64,000 nucleotides of DNA from a virus: positions 1 through 64,000 of IMG/VR virus record IMGVR_UViG_3300046049_000005; one strand, written 5' to 3'. The position numbers and the translations under genes are program-made. Below, in pieces: positions 59,621-64,000 of the stretch (position 1 is the first letter of the stretch; each line of letters opens with the position of its first letter). The notes under the pieces were generated by a model. It was not told the DNA's origin. It did not search any database and was given only the letters and a program-made list of their open reading frames with translations.

Positions 59621-60220
59621 CTATGCCAGCCCAGCTTTCCGAAGCTCCCTCTGCATATGTTTCTCAACTTTACGTTTCACAACCGCCGGCCCGACCTTCT
59701 CTAAGTAGGCTTCGGACGTTTCCATAAACCCTATTCCGGGGTATCCTTTTTCTTCCAGCCCGTCCTTCACGGCGAAGCTTGTGATTACCTTGCCCGGACT
59801 GTACTGAGCCGCGAGTTCTTGCAGAGCGGGGTCCCAGTTCTCGACGTTGTAGCTGGTGGTCGTAACACGGGGCAGCCCCCTACCGAGCTTGTCGTCAACC
59901 CACGGAATTATTTTCTGAACAGATGGAGACGAACCGGGCTTCAGGCCATCCTCGTTAATTTCTGCGTGGGGGGCGTTGTTCCGAATGTGGCCCTGCCAAT
60001 GATAGCTGCGGCTAAGCTGATTTTTCTCCGAACTGAAGCCACGCTTCAGAGTCTTTCGCCAAACTCTGTCAGCAGACAGAACAGCGTCTCTCGCTTTGTC
60101 TTCGCCTTCGTCCAACATCCACTCCCCGCTGTCATCAAGACCTTCTTTCAGGCCTTTCTTCAGAGCGGGTGGAATCTCGAAGGCTTCGCTAACGTCTATT
60201 TTAAGGTCGATGTCTCCCAT
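59621..60220 (-). CDS. head-tail joining protein
   Basis: 199 aa, positional call. Confidence 0.45.
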   Translation of the reverse strand: MGDIDLKIDVSEAFEIPPALKKGLKEGLDDSGEWMLDEGEDKARDAVLSADRVWRKTLKRGFSSEKNQLSRSYHWQGHIRNNAPHAEINEDGLKPGSSPSVQKIIPWVDDKLGRGLPRVTTTSYNVENWDPALQELAAQYSPGKVITSFAVKDGLEEKGYPGIGFMETSEAYLEKVGPAVVKRKVEKHMQRELRKAGLA

Positions 60221-60597
60221 CAGTCAGATTGGTGGAGGACAGGCTCTCCGAAGAACTCGACGTGGGTGTCGTAGTTGGTGTGAGCCTTTACCTCATACAC
60301 TTCGCCATCGTATTCGAGGTGGTCGTGAATCTGCGGCGGCTCGGGAAGGTCAGGAGAAACAGGAACGAGAAAAACCGGACGGTCCTGTTCCATATCGCCG
60401 GCTCTTGACTGGAGTTCCGTGTTTCGGTTCGGATAGGTCCGTAACGCAAAGACCGTTCTGTCCGGGTCGCCCTTATCGGGGTGGGACTCGGTTTGATTCC
60501 CGAACTCGTTCTGCTCCGATTCTTCTCGTTCGAGAACGCCCGCTTCCCTACCAAGCCGATAGATTTGCGCCCGAACTTGGCTTTGTGAATAGGTCAT
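60220..60597 (-). CDS. head-tail adaptor/closure protein
   Basis: 125 aa, overlapping its neighbours. Positional call. Confidence 0.45.
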   Translation of the reverse strand: MTYSQSQVRAQIYRLGREAGVLEREESEQNEFGNQTESHPDKGDPDRTVFALRTYPNRNTELQSRAGDMEQDRPVFLVPVSPDLPEPPQIHDHLEYDGEVYEVKAHTNYDTHVEFFGEPVLHQSD

Positions 60598-61052
60598 AGC
60601 TCGGCGTCTCCGCTGGAGCTACCGCCGATGGTGAAGTCGTCTTCTTCGTATTCCCGTGCGGGACGACGCGGCGCGGCCGAAGAGAACAATCCACTTTCCC
60701 CAATAGACCGAACAGCACGCTCCGCGTTCCGATACCAGATAGTAACAGAATCATTGTCTTTCGACAATAGCGTGTTCTGGTCTATCGCTCCCATCTGGAT
60801 AGCCTGGGAATCAAATTCCCCGGTCTGAACCTTGGTAAAAAGACACGTCCACCAGAACAGCGCCTCTTCTCTATCCGGCTTATCGGTGTCAAACCAATCG
60901 TAATCGACTTCAGGAGGAAGCGACTTTCGAACTCGAATGTGACGCTTCGCGTTTCGATAAGCTGCATCGAGGCCGTCAGGAGAAAGAGCTTGCTCGTGCG
61001 TATAGCCAGTCATCTGGCGCACGTCTTTCTTCAGTTGAGTTTCAGTTGACAT
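60594..61052 (-). CDS. head-tail connector protein
   Basis: 152 aa, directly downstream of the capsid gene. Positional call. Confidence 0.45.
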   Translation of the reverse strand: MSTETQLKKDVRQMTGYTHEQALSPDGLDAAYRNAKRHIRVRKSLPPEVDYDWFDTDKPDREEALFWWTCLFTKVQTGEFDSQAIQMGAIDQNTLLSKDNDSVTIWYRNAERAVRSIGESGLFSSAAPRRPAREYEEDDFTIGGSSSGDAEL

Positions 61053-61080
61053 AGTTAATTAGACGGCCTCTGAAAGCCGA

Positions 61081-62034
61081 TTACTTGAGGTTGTCAGCCG
61101 TGACCTTGGTGGCCGCGAGGGGGTCAACCATGCGGCAGCCGTAGTCGGCGGTCGCGTTCGCACCGAGAAGGTCGCCCGGCGAGCGCACGACAGCCCCGTT
61201 GGGCCGCGTGACCTGAACCGGACGGTCTTCGAGGAACTTGATGGGCGAGTCGTTCTGGACCTGCGAGAGGTAGAACTTGTCGCCGGCCATGTACGGAGAC
61301 TCGATAAGAGCCACACCGTCGATAACGATGTCGAGGTCCTGAACGTCGCTCGACCGCATACCGTTCGCCATCGGGATGTCGTACTGCGCGTCCCACGAAA
61401 TCTCGTCGCGCATCGCCCGCTTGAACGAGTTCGAGACGAGTGCCGCGAACGGCCCTTCCATCCCGTGATGAGTCAGTTGGCGCTTCGCCTCCTCGATGTG
61501 TTCGTGCGGATAGTGCGCCTCGCTGTCATCGAAGAGGTCCGAAGTCGAACCAAAGACGTGGGAGTGGTTGTTCGTAAACTCATACTCCCCGAAGTCGCGG
61601 ATGTCGTACCACGCGCCAGAGCCGTCGATGATGCCGTTCTCCAGCGTCCGGTAGACCAGTTGCTCTTCGGTGTTCTTCGCGCCCGTCAGGAGACGCTGAA
61701 GCTTGTCTACGATGCGGCTGGAGTCGGTCCGGCGAACGTACTTCTGCGTCATCCCGAGGGACTTCGAGAAGGTGTCCGACCGAATCGTGACCCAGCGGTC
61801 ATCGTAGTCTTCCTCGCGCATCGTCCGGGGCTGCTCACCCTCAGCGAGCTTGTCCCAGTAGATGTCGTCAGTCCGAGGCTCCTGGTAGAACGTCTGCTCG
61901 TTAACCGTCTCAGCAAACATCTCCGTGAAGGGACGCTCCGCCTCGTTGTAGCGGTCGAAGAGGGTACGCGCCATCTCCAGCAGGTCCTCGATGCTCTTGC
62001 CGTCAGCCGTGTGAAGCTCGTGTCGTCGTGCCAT
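61081..62034 (-). CDS. major capsid protein (presumed HK97 fold)
   Basis: 317 aa with high codon bias and GC. Preceded by scaffold-like and decoration-like genes (lambda Nu3-D-E order). No direct motif evidence. Confidence 0.6.
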   Translation of the reverse strand: MARRHELHTADGKSIEDLLEMARTLFDRYNEAERPFTEMFAETVNEQTFYQEPRTDDIYWDKLAEGEQPRTMREEDYDDRWVTIRSDTFSKSLGMTQKYVRRTDSSRIVDKLQRLLTGAKNTEEQLVYRTLENGIIDGSGAWYDIRDFGEYEFTNNHSHVFGSTSDLFDDSEAHYPHEHIEEAKRQLTHHGMEGPFAALVSNSFKRAMRDEISWDAQYDIPMANGMRSSDVQDLDIVIDGVALIESPYMAGDKFYLSQVQNDSPIKFLEDRPVQVTRPNGAVVRSPGDLLGANATADYGCRMVDPLAATKVTADNLK

Positions 62035-62072
62035 TGTAAATTAAAGAGTTAAAGTAAGTAGCTACGAGTCTT

Positions 62073-62633
62073 TTAGGCCAGAACCTCGTAGTCAGCGTCC
62101 ACCTCAAGGAAGAGGCGGTCCTTCTCGGAGTTGTTCGGGTCCAGCGCGTTCGCAATCTCGCTGGTAGCCAGACCGAGAACCTGAACCGCCTCGCCGGACC
62201 CCGAAGGTGGGGTCTGAGTGAAGCCGCCACCAACGTCAAGATAGACAGGCTCGCCAGCCTCGAAGTCCGTGTCGCCGTCGTCGTTCACAAGCTCGATGCC
62301 GGAACGGATGACGGTACAGCGGTCGCCAGCCTTGGTGCGGTTCTCCTCGTAAATCTGTGCCTCCACGTCGTCCCACGGATGGGGCGTGTTGACGCCGCCA
62401 TACTGACCGTCAGGCAGAACCTCACGGTTGAACATGACGCCGACCGCGTGAACCGGACCATCGCCAGCCTCGTTCGCGTCAGCGGCGGCGTCGGCCTTCA
62501 CCAGCTTCGGCTCGCTACCGGAGGTGTCAACGCCGACAGGAACGCCCTGATGCTCGCCGGTGAGCTGAACGTTCTCGAAGCCGGTACGGTTGAGCGGCAT
62601 CTCCTCGCCAGTCGCAATGTTGAAATCAGTCAT
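62073..62633 (-). CDS. head decoration-like protein (DUF2190-like)
   Basis: 186 aa, Gly/Val/Asp-rich. Occupies the position of lambda gpD. Confidence 0.4.
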   Translation of the reverse strand: MTDFNIATGEEMPLNRTGFENVQLTGEHQGVPVGVDTSGSEPKLVKADAAADANEAGDGPVHAVGVMFNREVLPDGQYGGVNTPHPWDDVEAQIYEENRTKAGDRCTVIRSGIELVNDDGDTDFEAGEPVYLDVGGGFTQTPPSGSGEAVQVLGLATSEIANALDPNNSEKDRLFLEVDADYEVLA

Positions 62634-62647
62634 TTTTGTTTAAAAGT

Positions 62648-63106
62648 TTAGAGGTTGAGGCCCTGCACGTCACCGAGCGCATCCTCAACGAAGTCCTCGG
62701 TCTCGTCGCCGTTATCCTTGGGCGAACGCTTACCGAAGTCGTCAAAGGTACCCTCACCCTCCTCGTCGGCCTCGGAGCCGTCCTCGGCCTCCTCGGAGTC
62801 CTCGGAAACGAAGTCGCGCCACTCCTGAAGCTCCGAGAACTTCGCGTCCTCCAGAGCATCCTCGCTCAGGGGAACCTCATCGAAGGTTTCAGCCTCAGTA
62901 ATCTCACCGATAAGGGCGGTGCGGGCATCCTCGAAGTCTTCGATGACAGTCTCGTCAACGTCATCGTATTCCTCAGCCAGCCGTTCGAACTCGGCAACGT
63001 TGGACTCTTGTGCTTCTTGGAACTCGTCAACGAGCTTCCGAAGCTGTTCCTCGGAAAGGTCGCTGACGCTTCCATCGATAGTAACCTTGGTAATGTCAAA
63101 ATCCAT
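62648..63106 (-). CDS. scaffolding protein
   Basis: 152 aa, extremely acidic, predicted helical (EEQLRKLVDEFQEAQESNVAEFERLAEEYDD). Lies upstream of the capsid gene. Confidence 0.55.
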   Translation of the reverse strand: MDFDITKVTIDGSVSDLSEEQLRKLVDEFQEAQESNVAEFERLAEEYDDVDETVIEDFEDARTALIGEITEAETFDEVPLSEDALEDAKFSELQEWRDFVSEDSEEAEDGSEADEEGEGTFDDFGKRSPKDNGDETEDFVEDALGDVQGLNL

Positions 63107-63108
63107 TG

Positions 63109-63993
63109 TTAAAAGTTGAAAGTTGTCTTCTCTACCGAAAATTCCGCCGCCGAGTTCTCGCCGGACTTATCGGTGTCGTCCGCCGGGTCATCGAACTCGG
63201 GACTAAACTCGATAACCGAAACGTGTGCTGCGCTCTCCTCGGGGTTCGGGTCGCCATCCGGTAAACTGCTAAAGGGATTCCTCGCCCAGTTTAGTAGGCT
63301 AATAGCCCACTTCGAAGGACACGTCCCCTTTCCGCCTTCCTTCGGAGACTCGGGCTTGTTTTTGTCACTGTTCATCCGCTCGATGAAGCTGATAGTGCGC
63401 TTTGCGTCTTCGATTTCATCCGAACCCCACTCAGACTTGCTCGTCTGAAGCAGGTCCAGATTGCGCTTCCGAACATCGCTCGGATTTTGTGACGCTTCGT
63501 TCGCACACGGATGGTCGCCCCATCGCTTCAGCTCCGAAGCAGTCATATTGACTGAGTTCTCCCAGTCAGAATACACCTCGTCAAGCTCGTCATCGTCACT
63601 CTCAAAGGTCATTTCGAGGTGGGCGTCGGACTCGCTCATGTTGTCCTGCGGTCCGTTCCACGAACTCAGACTGGACTGCGAGGCGGCAATCATTTGGCCC
63701 GTGAAGCCGTCATCAAATTCCTCAAGCTTATAGACCGGCTCACCGTCAGAACCGCTGATAGTGTTCCCGTCAACGGTGATGGAGTCCTTGGTGCGGCTCC
63801 GCACCTTTCCGTAGACGTTTCCGCCGGACCAGCTACGCTGAACCCAATCTCCAGTAGAGAACTTGTAACTCTGGCTCTCGAAGTCGGAGCCGACTTCTTC
63901 GAGGGCTTGAGCGAAGGCGGTGTTGACGCCGCCGTCATCGTATCCACCGGGGAAGTTCACCGTAGAGAACTCGCGGAACTTGCCGTCGCGCAT
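63109..63993 (-). CDS. head morphogenesis protein (function unknown), possibly 5'-incomplete
   Basis: ORF of at least 294 aa reaching within 7 nt of the window edge. Contains a small GDWVQRSWSGGNVYGKV beta-barrel-like motif. Confidence 0.5.
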   Translation of the reverse strand: MRDGKFREFSTVNFPGGYDDGGVNTAFAQALEEVGSDFESQSYKFSTGDWVQRSWSGGNVYGKVRSRTKDSITVDGNTISGSDGEPVYKLEEFDDGFTGQMIAASQSSLSSWNGPQDNMSESDAHLEMTFESDDDELDEVYSDWENSVNMTASELKRWGDHPCANEASQNPSDVRKRNLDLLQTSKSEWGSDEIEDAKRTISFIERMNSDKNKPESPKEGGKGTCPSKWAISLLNWARNPFSSLPDGDPNPEESAAHVSVIEFSPEFDDPADDTDKSGENSAAEFSVEKTTFNF

Positions 63994-64000
63994 CTCAGGC

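Overview
The window reads as the left ~64 kb of a linear genome from a tailed (myovirus-type) haloarchaeal virus. Nearly all convincing ORFs encode very acidic (D/E-rich) proteins, and genes are packed with ATGA/GTGA overlaps.

Layout:
- 1-44.3 kb, mainly + strand: early, replication and nucleotide-metabolism genes. These include an Hsp90-like GHKL ATPase, a primase-polymerase, family-B DNA polymerase carrying an intein, dCTP deaminase, a Cas4-like nuclease, an RNA ligase, several homing endonucleases, and an integrase cassette.
- 45-64 kb, - strand: a late morphogenesis operon running scaffold, decoration protein, capsid, neck, sheath, tube, chaperone, tape measure, baseplate, fibres.
- The overall organisation resembles HF1/HF2-like haloviruses. 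That comparison is from memory, not from a search.

RNA and DNA features that protein annotation does not explain are the most interesting part:
1. A ~2.2 kb ORF-free block (2.2-4.46 kb). Its right half (3.29-4.40 kb) is saturated with stable hairpins and looks like a large structured RNA.
2. A DNA word, CGATAAGG(T/C)GG(TGG), about ten-fold over-represented on both strands, in several reading frames and in intergenic modules.
3. Six perfect 15-19 nt palindromes centred on ATCGAAGAT, embedded in-frame in the left-most genes.
4. Five tRNA-like minihelix elements (acceptor-like stem plus T-arm) with compensatory stem changes, each sitting in one of the rare intergenic gaps.
5. Two paralogous ~110 nt structured RNA genes with covarying stems and their own promoter-like boxes.
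6. Apparent absence of GATC in every stretch I checked base by base.

Also present: two tRNA genes (Asn, and an atypical Gln-like one), an attP-like tRNA 3' fragment next to the integrase, a DNA polymerase gene split at an ATGA junction, and a start-codon-less +1-frame ORF after the tail chaperone.

All calls come from reading the sequence and motif memory; no database search was run.
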